Source: Macrostomum lignano
Taxonomy: Eukaryota
DNA length: 64,000 nucleotides
NCBI GenBank assembly: GCA_002269645.1
Contig: NIVC01000139.1
Location: forward strand, 124,001-188,000
Direction: 5' to 3'
Position numbers and translations under genes: made by a program. Below are positions 48,976 to 60,084 of this stretch, piece after piece (position 1 is the first letter of the stretch; each line of letters begins with the position of its first letter). The notes below the pieces were generated by a model. It did not search any database and had not been told where the DNA came from. It was given only the letters and a program-made list of their open reading frames with translations.

Positions 48976-50066
48976 TTGCGTCGGATGTGGCCCGGCTGAC
49001 CGCAGCCGAAACAGTTGGAACTAGCCGGTGATTGCTGTCGTTGCTGTCCTCGACCGCCAGATGAGGCAGGCTGCTGAGGCATTAGTGGTTTCGGTGGCGC
49101 TGAAAGTTGGCTCTGTGGTGGTCTCGGTTGCTGGGGCTGGATTTCGCCACGGCCAGCATCCATGTAGGCCCGGGTTTCTCGAAGCTGCTGGGCTATTCGT
49201 AGAACCTGCTCCACAGTGCTTGGTGGTGTTGGTTGATTCAGTAGTCGCTCGGTGACGTAGCCGTCATTGAGACCATGCATGAACTGCTCGCTAACTGTCT
49301 GTTGGACGTAAGCCTGAGCTCTTGGGTCCGGGTATGCCCTTGCAGCTAGCCGTTGAAGCTCCGTCAGGTACGTTTCGAAGCTCTCCTCTGGTCGACGCTG
49401 CCGAGCACGGAACTCGCGGCGAAGTAACGCTGCACTCTTGGCCCCGCCGTGACGAGACCGGAGGTGTTCAACGAGGCCCTCATAGCGGACACCAGGTAGC
49501 TGGTCCAGGGTTGTCCCCGGTGGCAGTCCGACGTAGGCACACTGGATCGCCAGCCAGGTGGTGTACGTTGCAAAAGCCGGTCCGAGGAACGCAGTCAGGG
49601 TGTTGATCTTGTCGGCGTCTCGAAGGCCTGGGAACCGGCTAATATAGGCGCTGATCCTGATGAGAAAGTCGTCGAAATCCTCCCGACCGTTGTACGGTGC
49701 AGGCTTAGGTACTGGCGGAAGAGCCGGTACTGGATTGTAGTCTGGCAGCGCTGCGTATCCGTGAGCTGGAGGATAGGCGTACTGCTGCATTGCTGAGGCC
49801 TGCCCTGACGCTTGGTCGATGTCTTCAAGGAACGGGTTGGTTGAGACTTCCGCCGAGTGTGCCCTCTGAAGGTCGTTGGCAACGAGGAAGGGATTTGTGG
49901 CTTCGCTGACTGTGGTCATCGACACGAAGGGGTTGGACGCGTTCGTAGACTCTGTAGAAACGGAAGCTGCCTCGTCGCCTGCGTTGCGCCGTCGTCCGAC
50001 GAGACGTCCACGTAGTTCCAGGTAGTCGTCGTTATTCCACATGTGGAAAACTGGCGTGGTCGCCAA
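48918..50066 (-). CDS. gag: Gag with CCHC zinc knuckle (382 aa as called from a near-cognate start; first ATG slightly downstream)
   Basis: PAPYNGREDFDDF..RQRRPEESFETYLTELQRLAARAYP..EQFMHGL..CFGCGQPGHIRRNC. Confidence 0.9.
   Translation of the reverse strand: MATTPVFHMWNNDDYLELRGRLVGRRRNAGDEAASVSTESTNASNPFVSMTTVSEATNPFLVANDLQRAHSAEVSTNPFLEDIDQASGQASAMQQYAYPPAHGYAALPDYNPVPALPPVPKPAPYNGREDFDDFLIRISAYISRFPGLRDADKINTLTAFLGPAFATYTTWLAIQCAYVGLPPGTTLDQLPGVRYEGLVEHLRSRHGGAKSAALLRREFRARQRRPEESFETYLTELQRLAARAYPDPRAQAYVQQTVSEQFMHGLNDGYVTERLLNQPTPPSTVEQVLRIAQQLRETRAYMDAGRGEIQPQQPRPPQSQLSAPPKPLMPQQPASSGGRGQQRQQSPASSNCFGCGQPGHIRRNCPNAEGAGSRGQHRPSQH
48966..48972 (-). promoter_or_regulatory. Candidate -1 ribosomal frameshift site C CCA AAC (gag to pro)
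   Basis: X XXY YYZ heptamer in gag phase; a -1 shift enters PKRRGGWF of the protease frame; downstream GAGGGGGCUGG..CCAGC..CCCUCUC can form a stem. Confidence 0.75.
50051..50065 (-). promoter_or_regulatory. Primer-binding site TGGCGACCACGCCAG (tRNA identity unresolved)
   Basis: Starts TGG, one nt after the 5' LTR on the minus strand. Confidence 0.75.
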
Positions 50067-50403
50067 TGTAGCCGCGTATTCTTGAGTTTTAACTGCCGGG
50101 ACTTCTTTAGTCAGAGAAAAACTTGATTTATTTGCGTTCCAGCTTGCTTGATTAAATAGACTGACCGCGATGGGGGAGGGCAGGGTGAAAAACGCAGCTT
50201 AGAAAATCCTAACCAATCGGATTTCGCCGATAGGGTAGGCACTAAGCACTCTATTGGTTGGGGCTCGTTATTCACGCGTTTTCAGCCAATCAGAAACAAA
50301 AAGAAATTTCTAGAAAAGGCTATACGCAGGGGTGGGGTGACGCAGAAAGAAATACGGAGAAAACACTAGAAGTGCACGCGCACGCAAATTGAGCACTATT
50401 ACA
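50067..50403 (-). mobile_element. 5' LTR
   Basis: Copy of 44124-44460; followed on the minus strand by the PBS. Confidence 0.97.
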
Positions 50404-52939
50404 GTAGTTTATTGTCCTTCGACTTGAGTAGTCCAAAATCCATTGCTAGCTGCAGGTGTGCGCGCGACAACTGGCCTCCAAAGCACCCTTACATACTTAA
50501 TAAGCAAATTATCTTTAATTATTGCAGTAAAAAAAGAATTACTCTTTAAGTTTACAAACAATACGTACATGTGTTTGTCTTTGTTACAAAAAAATAAAGC
50601 TTTTGTTTAGCCGTTACATGATACAATTGTCAATACATTACATAATGTTTACGGAATTCTAGTTCTGTACTTGAATGACTGGCTCGGGCAGCACTCATAA
50701 AAGTTTCATTCAAGTCTCGTTGTTGCATCTGATTGATTGCATGTATGTGCTGCACTTTTCAAAATGATGTTTTTTTCTAAATAAAAATCTCTAGGCTAAT
50801 TTTATTTTATTTAGTTGTATTAGTTACAAATCCTGAAGTTATAGCTATTACCTTAGTTTAGGAATATTGAATAAGGTATAATTTTAATTGTTTTTAAAAA
50901 ATCAGGAAATTAAATAAATTAAAAGGACTTGAAGTTTTAAAATATTTATAACAGAGAAGTTTCCTAGCTTATCACTTTTGAAATTCTAGATAGGTTTATA
51001 GACTAGAAGTTTCATAATACAGAAAATCTTATATGAATGGTAAATAGGGCCTAGTCAAACATTTTATTAATTAGGTCAGCAAAATTGTTTATTGCTAATA
51101 TAGTGAAAGGCAAATGTTTGTAATAGGTTTAGCTAAAAGATAAAAATCTATATAATATTATATGAAGTTAGACTATTGACAATGGCAATGTGGTATTGAT
51201 TTTAGATTCAATGATTTTATAACTAGAATATATATAGATATAATCAATTTAGCCTTTTAAGAAAAATTATGTGAATGTGTGTAGGCCTAATATTATGCAC
51301 CAAAAATATAAAAAGATCTATGGACCTTCTTAGCTTAATAAAACAATTGGTTTTCTAGGTGCATTTCAATTCTTAAAGTTAGGCCATTAAGTGCTAATAT
51401 AATAGCTAGTGTTCTACTGTAAGGAGGGTCCATGTACCATAGTCCATAGCTATAGCCATAAGCAAAACTATGGCTTATTCCAATTCTCTGTATTCCATAG
51501 CCATAGGGCCATAGTGCGAAAGAATGGGTATACGCCAGAAATCTCCGTCGTACACAGGGATCGCCTGTCATACATATTGTACATCACTAATTTTTGGGGG
51601 GCGCTATGTCGTACATGTAAACATGTTACATGTCTGTTTGTCATACACTTGTCAATGTCATATGACTCATACGTGAAGTATAGACATAGTTAGTATTCCC
51701 TTGATTGAAAATCGGACACCAGTACCAGATACTCGTAGTCTCATAACTATCTCATAACGTCGTTGTTAACGTATTGTGTTGAAGCAAAGAAGTAAAAATT
51801 CAATAGTTGCACTTTTCCACTCAAAGTGCAAATATTGATTAAAATTATCAGTTGCACTATTGATTGATTTAAATTATTGATTTAAATTATCAGTATTATA
51901 TTCATACAAACTCTTAAATTCAATTTTATTGGCGCAAAACTATACTTGACATTGCAAGCAGAAAAGTACAATATATCTGTTGTTTTACTTTGCATATTAA
52001 AAAAACGCAATATCAAGAATTTCCCGCACCTACCCACATATTCAAAAAGTTGACTATTTTTGTTGTACAGCACTTCCTTTGGCTTAAACTCTAACTCTGT
52101 TGTACAACACTAGTACCATTTTCCAATCCCTGTCGTACTGTCGTATAACAGGCCGAAATGAAAATTTACCTTCCGTCGTATACAGAAATCCTTCCGCATT
52201 ATGGCCATAGGGACCCCAATATTACCATATTCCCATAGTTCCCATAGCCATAGCCATAGTTTTAAGAAAAAGTCTAGAAAACAAAAAAATTTGAATCAAG
52301 AACTTAGAAAATAACCTAGTGCTTTAAACAAATATAAATTAAGTTAGAAAATAAAGAAACACTTGATTGCCTTTGTAAGATTATATTTTGTCTTTTGATG
52401 CTGAACTTTTTTATATTAATAAAAATTTTGTTAGTGTTTTATTGTACTTTTTAGGTATATTTTAAAAGTTTCTAAGTTGATAATATAGTTTACTAAAAGT
52501 ATCTTTGTTTTATTCTACCTATTTATAATATTTTTCCAATTTTTTAACATTAATAACTAGGCCTATGGCTATAAGAATCTACAGAATATGACAACAACTA
52601 TCATATTTCTGTAGTTGTAGCTGTAAGAGCAGCTAGCTACCATAGGCATATCTGTAGCTGCCATAGGCACCTATTTTACTATATTTGCCGTAGGATTCTC
52701 TAGCTATAGCTACGGCTATAGCAAAACACTAATAATAGCAAAATAGTCTGCAGAGTCCTCAAAAATATTTTTTTCACAAATGCTACCAAGGAAAGAAGGC
52801 AAAAGCATAGCCTAGATAAGGGAAATAAACCTAGGTAAAGCAAGTCTTATGATAGACTGAATATATTTCAATGGCGCATGACCAAGATGGCCACATACTA
52901 AGATGGCCATAGCTCTGAATGGCTACTTAGATAGGAATA

Positions 52940-54273
52940 CAAGGGTCATCCCAAAAGTTTTAGCAATCAAATGATTTTGTGCCATAGACAACTTTTAGGA
53001 CTACTGCACTTATACCACACAAAAGATGAGCATATTTTGGGTGTCTAAGTAAGTTTTTAGCATTCTAGCTACAAAATTCTGTTTTCTAAAGAACATTTTG
53101 TAAGATACTAAATCAAACATCGGCCGACAACAATAAAATGGAATTTCTGTCAAACTTAGAGCAGCGCTCATACATTAAAATGGAATGTCTTTGTGGTGTC
53201 CCTGCAGCTCAAATTCACCCTCAGTTGCTGCAGGCCCATGGACCAAATGCAATGAGCCAGCAAGCCGTGTACGACTGGTACAGTCGATTCAAGAATGGCC
53301 GCTCTGATGTCGAGGATGACTCACGATCTGGAAGGCCAAAAGAAGATCACAGAGTCAAACATCGAGTTGATCCAATTGCTACTGAACATTGATCGCCGTT
53401 GAACATGCGAAGAAATGGCTGAGCTGTCTGGAATCCCCTCATCGAGTGTGTATCAGATCCTCATCCAGGATCTTGGACTGCAGAAGGTCACAGCCAGGTG
53501 GGTGCCGCACCATCTCACAGATGACAACAAGGCACGCCAGGTGACAACTGCTCAGCAGCTTCTGCATCGGTTCAGGAGAGAGGGTTTGGCTTTCCTAGAC
53601 CGTATTGTCACACTTGATAAGACTTGGATCTGTTCGTACAAGCCCAATCTCAAGAGTCAGAATTCCGAGTGGCAGTTGAAAGGTTCTGCCTAGCCATCAA
53701 GACCATCAGTTCTGCGGCGCGCCGACAAGATGATGATCATCGCATGCTACAACAGCTTTGGCATTATTCTCATCCACTGCATTCCTGAGGGCCAAAACAT
53801 CAACCAACAATACTATTGGAGCTTCATTATTCACCATCTTTGGCCTGCCTTGTGCAAAAAGTGGCCACAGACCCTGGAACTTGGTCCACTCCTTCTGAAT
53901 GACAATGCCAGTTTGCGCACAGCCTGCATTGTGCAGGACCTACTGCGGGACTACCAGTGGGAGGTGCTGCCTCATCCTCCTTATTCCCCAGACCTCAGTC
54001 CCTGTGATTTTGACCTTTTTCCAAAGCTTTAAGAACCAGCTCCGAGGGCGTCGTTTCCATTGCCTGGATGACCTGTTCAGCAAGGTCGGCCGCATTGCAA
54101 AAGACCTGTGCCGATCCGGCGTTGCTGACGGCACTCAGAAGTTGCCTGGCCGCTGGAAGTGCACAATTCAAGTCAACGGAAGTTATTTTAAAGGTTTTTG
54201 ACATGTTCATTGTTCTGACACTCGTTTGTTGAAAAATAGTAGGCGTTTGCTGAAACTTTTGGGATGACCCTCA
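52940..54273 (+). mobile_element. Mariner transposon, 1334 bp, defective
   Basis: TA-flanked TIRs (C)AAGGGTCATCCCAAAAGTTT / AAACTTTTGGGATGACCCTCA. Confidence 0.92.
53138..54201 (+). pseudogene. Mariner transposase, fragmented
   Basis: EQRSYIK..WYSRFKNG..EDDSRSGRP; WVPHHL; TLDKTW; LLNDNA; HPPYSPDLSPCDFDLF; broken by stops and frameshifts. Confidence 0.92.
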
Positions 54274-54799
54274 TAGGTCTATATTTTCTCATTTCTTATT
54301 GGCTGTGCTACATACATGTGCTACATGTATTGGCTGTGCTACATGGCTGTGCTACATATTGGATGTGCTCATATTGGGGTATGATATGACCTAGAGCCTC
54401 TTCATGTTCATATTGCCGGTTCAAAAAATAGAACTGGTTCCAAACTGGATTGACACTCTTCATATCAATGGTTCAAAAAACAGAATCAGTTTCAAAACAT
54501 GGTTCTGGTTTTGGAATATTTTCTTTTCTCAAACTGTTTGTCATGTTTATACTTTAATAGTAATATATATATGAAATTGTCAACTTTTTATTATTGTTAT
54601 ATAATTATTCCATTTTTTGTCATATCCAAGAGAAAACAAAGTCAAAGTATGACAAAATTAAATTGTAAAGACTGTCAAATCTCAATATACTAAAACTGAC
54701 ATGTTGTTTGTATATGTTAAAAGTTAAAGGTCTAAAGGAGAGGGTAAAAGTATTAGTTATGATAGAAGTAAGCAAAAATTAAATAAGCAAATAAGCAAG

Positions 54800-56170
54800 T
54801 GCCTTCTTGTCTCTTATCTTTTCTCTCATCTTTGCATTCTCGTCTCTTATCTTTTCTTTCTTATGTCTGCCTCTCGTCTCTAATCTTTTCTCTCTCTTAT
54901 CTCTGCTCTCTCCTGTATCGTAAGTAGCAGCACCTCCTGCACTGGCTCCGGACAGTAGGCCTCAGCGCAGATGACGTGGCCTGCCAGCTGGAGTCGCCGA
55001 TGGCGCAGCAGATCGCTAGGACGCGCCAGGCCGGCGCGATGATAGAGCGCCATGTTGGTGACTCGCTTGTTGCCGATCTTGAAGGCGGCGCGCAGCAGGC
55101 CAGCGTGCGCTGCGTCGACTTGAGCCTCGAGCGAGTCTGTCAGCGTCCAGGTCTCGGCGTTGTATAACAGGACGGTCTCGATCACCGCCTGGAACAGCGC
55201 CGCCCTCTGGCAGTCCGGTAGGGCCTCGGACTGCAGGACTGACCTTATAGAACGAAAGGCAGCCCAGGCAAGTCCTCGGCGACGCCGCAGATCCTCGCGG
55301 ACGTCGGGAACCAGACCACCAAGGTAGACGAACTGCTGACATCTTGGAAGCTCACTCGCCTGTCCGTCAGCGCCTCGGCAGAAGATTGCAGCCTCGGTGT
55401 CGTCCGGCACGCATAGCACGACGGTCTTCTGCGTGTTGACCACCAGGCCGACGCTCGCCGCAACGGCAACCAGCCTATCAAGCTGTCGTTGGGCGCCCTC
55501 GACGGTCGAGGACAGCAGGGCGAGGTCATCGGCGTAGCCAAGCACGCTGAGCCGTCTCTCCGGTTGGCGTCGACCCACGCGTCGCCGCAGCAGGAAGCCG
55601 TCGTCGTTGGAAGGCAGAGCAGTCCGTAGCACCCAGTCAAGCACCAGAATAAATAGGAACGGCGCTAGCGTATCTCCCTGGAGCACCCCGGAGGATGTCT
55701 CGAAGAAATCCGATAGGCCGTCCGGTGTTAAGACAGCAGCCGTCGTGCCGTGGTACAGCGCCATGACAGCAGAAATCAGCAGCTCTGGCACGTTGTACGC
55801 ACGGAGCACCTCTGGGAGCGCGTCCCTCACGACCGAGTCGAAGGCCTTCCTGAAATCGACGAAAATCAGGATCAGGGTCAACTGGCGGATGCGCGCCTCC
55901 TCGATGACTCGTCGAAGAGCCAGGATCTGCGTCACTGTGCCGCGATGGGGCCAGAATCCGTTCTGCTCAGGCCGCAGGTACGGGTCCAGCGCAGGCTGTA
56001 ACCGCGATAGCAGCATGCGGTTGAACAGCTTCGCGGCGCAGGACTGTAGGTCGGCGGGGACAGGCGAGGACTCTGCGCTACGTCGACTGTCTGCTGGCTG
56101 ACGCCGGCGCCCCGGACTCTGCCGGTGGTGCGGCCTTTGTTCGCGCCCAAGCTTCGAAGCGCGCCATCTG
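54800..56170 (-). mobile_element. 5'-truncated RTE-type LINE (RT region) with GA-rich tail
   Basis: LQSCAAKLFNRMLL..EQNGF..FVDFRKAFDSV..GVLQGDTLAPFLF..GYADDLALL..FVYLG; microsatellite-like 3' end near 54800-54910. Confidence 0.9.
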
Positions 56171-58524
56171 ACAGCGTACTCTGTTGTTGTTGTTTGACCA
56201 TAAATTAACTCTTTGCTCATTCAAGCTTCAATTGACAGCAACCTTGCCTACATTTTGTATTCAACTCAAACAACAGAATATGGCTCATATGTGAACTGAA
56301 TAGAAGTGGAAATTCCATATTATTTCTAGATACCAACAGATTGACAACAGCTTGTAGCTTGTAGCAATGAATAAATTGTTTTTCTATGAAATCTTTCATC
56401 AGGCCTGTTCTGCGAATGTGGGCAAAAAAGTTATCTCATATCTGCCTTTTAATAGCTTGTATATGTAGCTCATATAATATCAGGCATGATGGGATGATGA
56501 TGAATTATGGAGGCAGAAGTGCACTGAGTCACACATACATGCAGTGACTAGCCCAAGTAAAGGCTGCTTGCTCTGTAAGTGTGACGCAATGAACCCAACA
56601 AGTTCCATAGGGCGATCTTTTTTGCAACTGTAATTAGCCTTGTAACTCAATGACTCAATACTAAGCACCTCCTGTACTTCAGGTGAAAATTCTCTTACCT
56701 TCTCCGCAATAATTCTAGCAAAGGTAAACAACATGTGCTTTGCTCCCTTCTTTACCTCCTTTGCTGCCTTTCTCTTCTAAGCTGGCCAATCTACTAGATT
56801 GCATGTGTTGCAAAGCAAGAGCTTCTATGGTTCCATAAGCCCGGTGGAGTGCGGAGCCATGACAATGCAATGATAAACGCTTAGTGCAGCAATAGTACAT
56901 GTTGCCATTTCGCCGAATTTTTTCATCCATCAGGTGGCCAAGGACTTGTTGGGTATTACTGCACTAGTCTCAACCAATAAGAGAAACTAAAAAAAAGCTA
57001 CACCTGATTTTATATGAAGAAGAGATTTGTTTAATACGAAATATGTTTACACCTCTTAGGGGCCTACTATAAGTAGGAAATCAAGACTCGTAACCATTTT
57101 TGTCTCTAACCTTGCAATATACTAATAAAATTTTGACTGTCTGCTAAACCTCCCATTGCAACCCCACATCTCCCCACCCAAAGCTATCCAATAGAAAACC
57201 AGTTGTCATTTTCTGTGACCCCCACCCCAGCTGTGGCCATCTTGGTGTGTGGCCATCTTGGTCTTACACCATTTCAATAAGCTTAGTATATTAGTGATAT
57301 AAAAAAACAATTATAGATCTATTTTCTAAAAGAAGAAAAAAAACTAAGTAAAAAATCAGTATGCAAAATTGAAATAAATCAGCAAGACAAAAGTAGCCAT
57401 ACCATGTAGCATATACATCTCCCTCCCATCTAAAGGCTAGTATGGCTCTAATATATACTACCTTATAAGACAATAAGGATTGATTGACTATGATTTTTTT
57501 CATGCATGATTGGAACTAGACTATTAGTTTTTATCAGTGTTTCCACTGTTGCGTATTGCTATGACTACTGCAATTCTTGCAAATCTTGCAAAAAATAGCA
57601 AGTATTTTTGCAAATACTTGCAGAAATTCTATAATGTGGAAATTCTTGCCTGCCTATAGAAAATCAATCAAGAGGAATTTTGTAATCTACAGAAAATTGG
57701 TTGCTCTGATTTTGCTCTAATATTAGAATTTAAAAGGAAACAATTTAATTGTAACTTAATATTTTCTTTTTGTTGGAATTCTCTTTAATTAATATATATA
57801 AATTATACTTCTATAGTTTAAAAGTTCATCTAATTATTTAATTATTAGTTAAATAATGATAGCTTTTATTTTAGTTTATATGCTATTGTCACCCCCTTAT
57901 TCACTAGAAACTATTATCCCTATTGGAATACATGTTAAAAACTCATAGATGTGCACTTTAGAAAAAAGTCATTATTTTACCACGCTTTTTAGGATTATTA
58001 AAAATCATTTTCTGTCAAAATCACAATTTGAAAACTTTTCAAAATCATAATTAAAATTTTCCTAAATCAAAATTCAGAAAAACAAAGTTTATTATGACCA
58101 AAACTCACTTTTTTACTCTTGATATACTGCTTATGCAAAACAAAATACATGTATATATAGCACAAATTAGTTTATTTTTAGCCACTCTTACACATTTCCG
58201 AATTTTTGGAATGTCTCAAAGCATTATACAAGAAATTACAAGTATACAGGCCCCTTTCACAAAGGTATTAGACTCTTTTCCATGTATATTTATTTGCTAA
58301 AGCAGCAGCCAGTAGGAAAAGGCAGCGCGTGTGCAGGCCTTGTTGCATAGACAACAATCAATTAGCATGCAATAAGGCACAATTGTCTGCATGCTAATTG
58401 ATCTACTAAGTATTTTTTAAAGTGCTTTAACATCTTTGGTGAAAACATCATTAACTGCACTCACGTTTTGGCTATATCATTCAGCAATAAGCAGAGTTCT
58501 TTATTAAAATAATTGAAATTCTAA

Positions 58525-59230
58525 TATAGCTTTTTGTAGTCCACATGGGCTTATATGTATTGAATTTAACCCAAGATACATTTGCCAATGTAATCAAGTT
58601 TTTGTTTATAGTAGCAAGGCTAGCATAGTAGCATTTAATTTGGTTCAACAAGCATCAATTTGGTCCATAGCTACAATTGCAACTGCAGCAAAGGAGCAAG
58701 ATCAGCCTCAAAATTGTGGACCAAATGCTAGGATTTCAAAAGAGTGCCATTGGCTTAGGATCAAAGCATGTGAACACCTAAAGGATAAGGAAACCATTGC
58801 TGGCATAGATTGCCTAAAAAAAGGTAGCAATTAGCAAGGCAAATGGCTAGAGACTTAGGTCAAACTGCTATTGGATGCAATTGAGACAAACCCTTGATTG
58901 ATATTGTAGAAAATGCAACAATTGTTGAAAGAATGGTTCTGTTTGGTTATCAGATTTTGTTTATCAGGAGAGCTCTGAAAAAAAGCAATTGAAAATTGTT
59001 GGTAGAGACACTTCCATTCTAGCAGTATATACCAGCCTACATACAATTGCAAAAAGGCAAGAGTTTGTCAAATGGCTCATAAGTGTTTGGACCAAATTGA
59101 ATGCTTGTTGGACCAAATTAAATGCCACTGTACTAGCCTTGCTACCATAGAGAAAAACTCATTTGCATTGACCAATGTATCTTGGATTAACTTCAATGTG
59201 CGTAAGTCTAAATAGGCTACAAAAAGCTAT
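58525..59230. mobile_element. Second, more diverged and longer copy of the Tc1-type non-autonomous family at 1743-2200
   Basis: Same TIR design (TATAGCTTTTTGTAG..TTTAACCCAAGATACATTTGCCAATG / CAATGTATCTTGGATT..AAAAAGCTATA) and a shared internal segment (CCTCAAAATTGTGGACCA..GAGTGCCATTGGCTT). Confidence 0.75.
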
Positions 59231-60084
59231 ATTTAATGTAATATTAACATAACTGACCTTTAGAGCTAGCTAGAATAGAACTTGGAACCTAAAGAGTCTG
59301 GAAGTGAGTTTAAATGTGCCAATACCAATAGTTGAATAAATTGATCAAGTTGGCTAGAAAGACTATAGTTATGTTGAAAATCTTATCATATTTAATAGAC
59401 TAAGCTATCTGTGGAATTTTCTTTAGGCTGCAAAAGATTGGAATAAGAACACTGCTATGCATGAAACTATGTTGTGACCATAAATTTTTTATAACATACT
59501 TTAATTTAAACATAAAACTATTAGTATTAGTACTACCAAGTCTAGTAAATATTATTGATTTTTAAGTTTTGTTTTATCATGTTTATTTTTAGACCATTTT
59601 TTATTACATTATGTTATATCTACACTGATTTGTTACAATTTTGGTTTGAATTTCTTTTCAATTTTAACCTTCCTAATGCATTTGCTAACCCAGAGTAGCT
59701 ATGCTACTTACCACATGTTTATAAGACTTGTGTGAATGCTTATAGCTTTTAAGCATTAGGCTTAGTCATATGATGTCACCAAAAGAATTCTAGGCCTGAG
59801 GTTTTTGAATAAAAATTTCCAATTATTTCAAACAAGTGCTCATTAGAGTTGGCATGTCAAATTCAAATATGTAGCTTATATATACATATGGTTATGTCAT
59901 TTGAGATTAGTGTTGTGAATGCTAATCAGGGTACATAGAAAAATGCTTTATAATGGCTGAAATTCGAATGTTAAAGTTAAATATCTTCCTAAGGACTATT
60001 TGCCCTGTATTAATTAACTATTGCATTGCTAATGTGTTGTCATTTCAGAATCACTGGTCGGCTGATGCTGTCTGATATGAGGCC

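Larger units (their letters stand above)
44124..50403 (-). mobile_element. Full-length, very recent Ty3/Gypsy LTR retrotransposon (6280 bp)
   Basis: Two 337-bp TG..CA LTRs with no mismatch found by eye; 4-bp TSD GTAG (44120-44123, 50404-50407); PBS, PPT, gag, protease, RT-RNase H-integrase all present. Confidence 0.97.
52873..57270 (-). mobile_element. Decayed MULE-like DNA transposon hosting two nested insertions
   Basis: Imperfect ~45-bp TIRs GGCGCATGACCAAGATGGCCAC / GTGGCCATCTTGGTCTTACACC; exact 8-bp flanking duplication ATTTCAAT (52865-52872, 57271-57278); FLYWCH-like remnant YYCCTKRLSLHCHGSA..H at ~56800-56900 (minus). Confidence 0.7.

Noticed and set aside
50420-52860. Structured ncRNA or gene in the AT-rich region with CCATAG/GCTATAG motifs
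   Set aside because: Short recurrent motifs with no clear termini, TSD or coding signal; most likely decayed MITE sequence.
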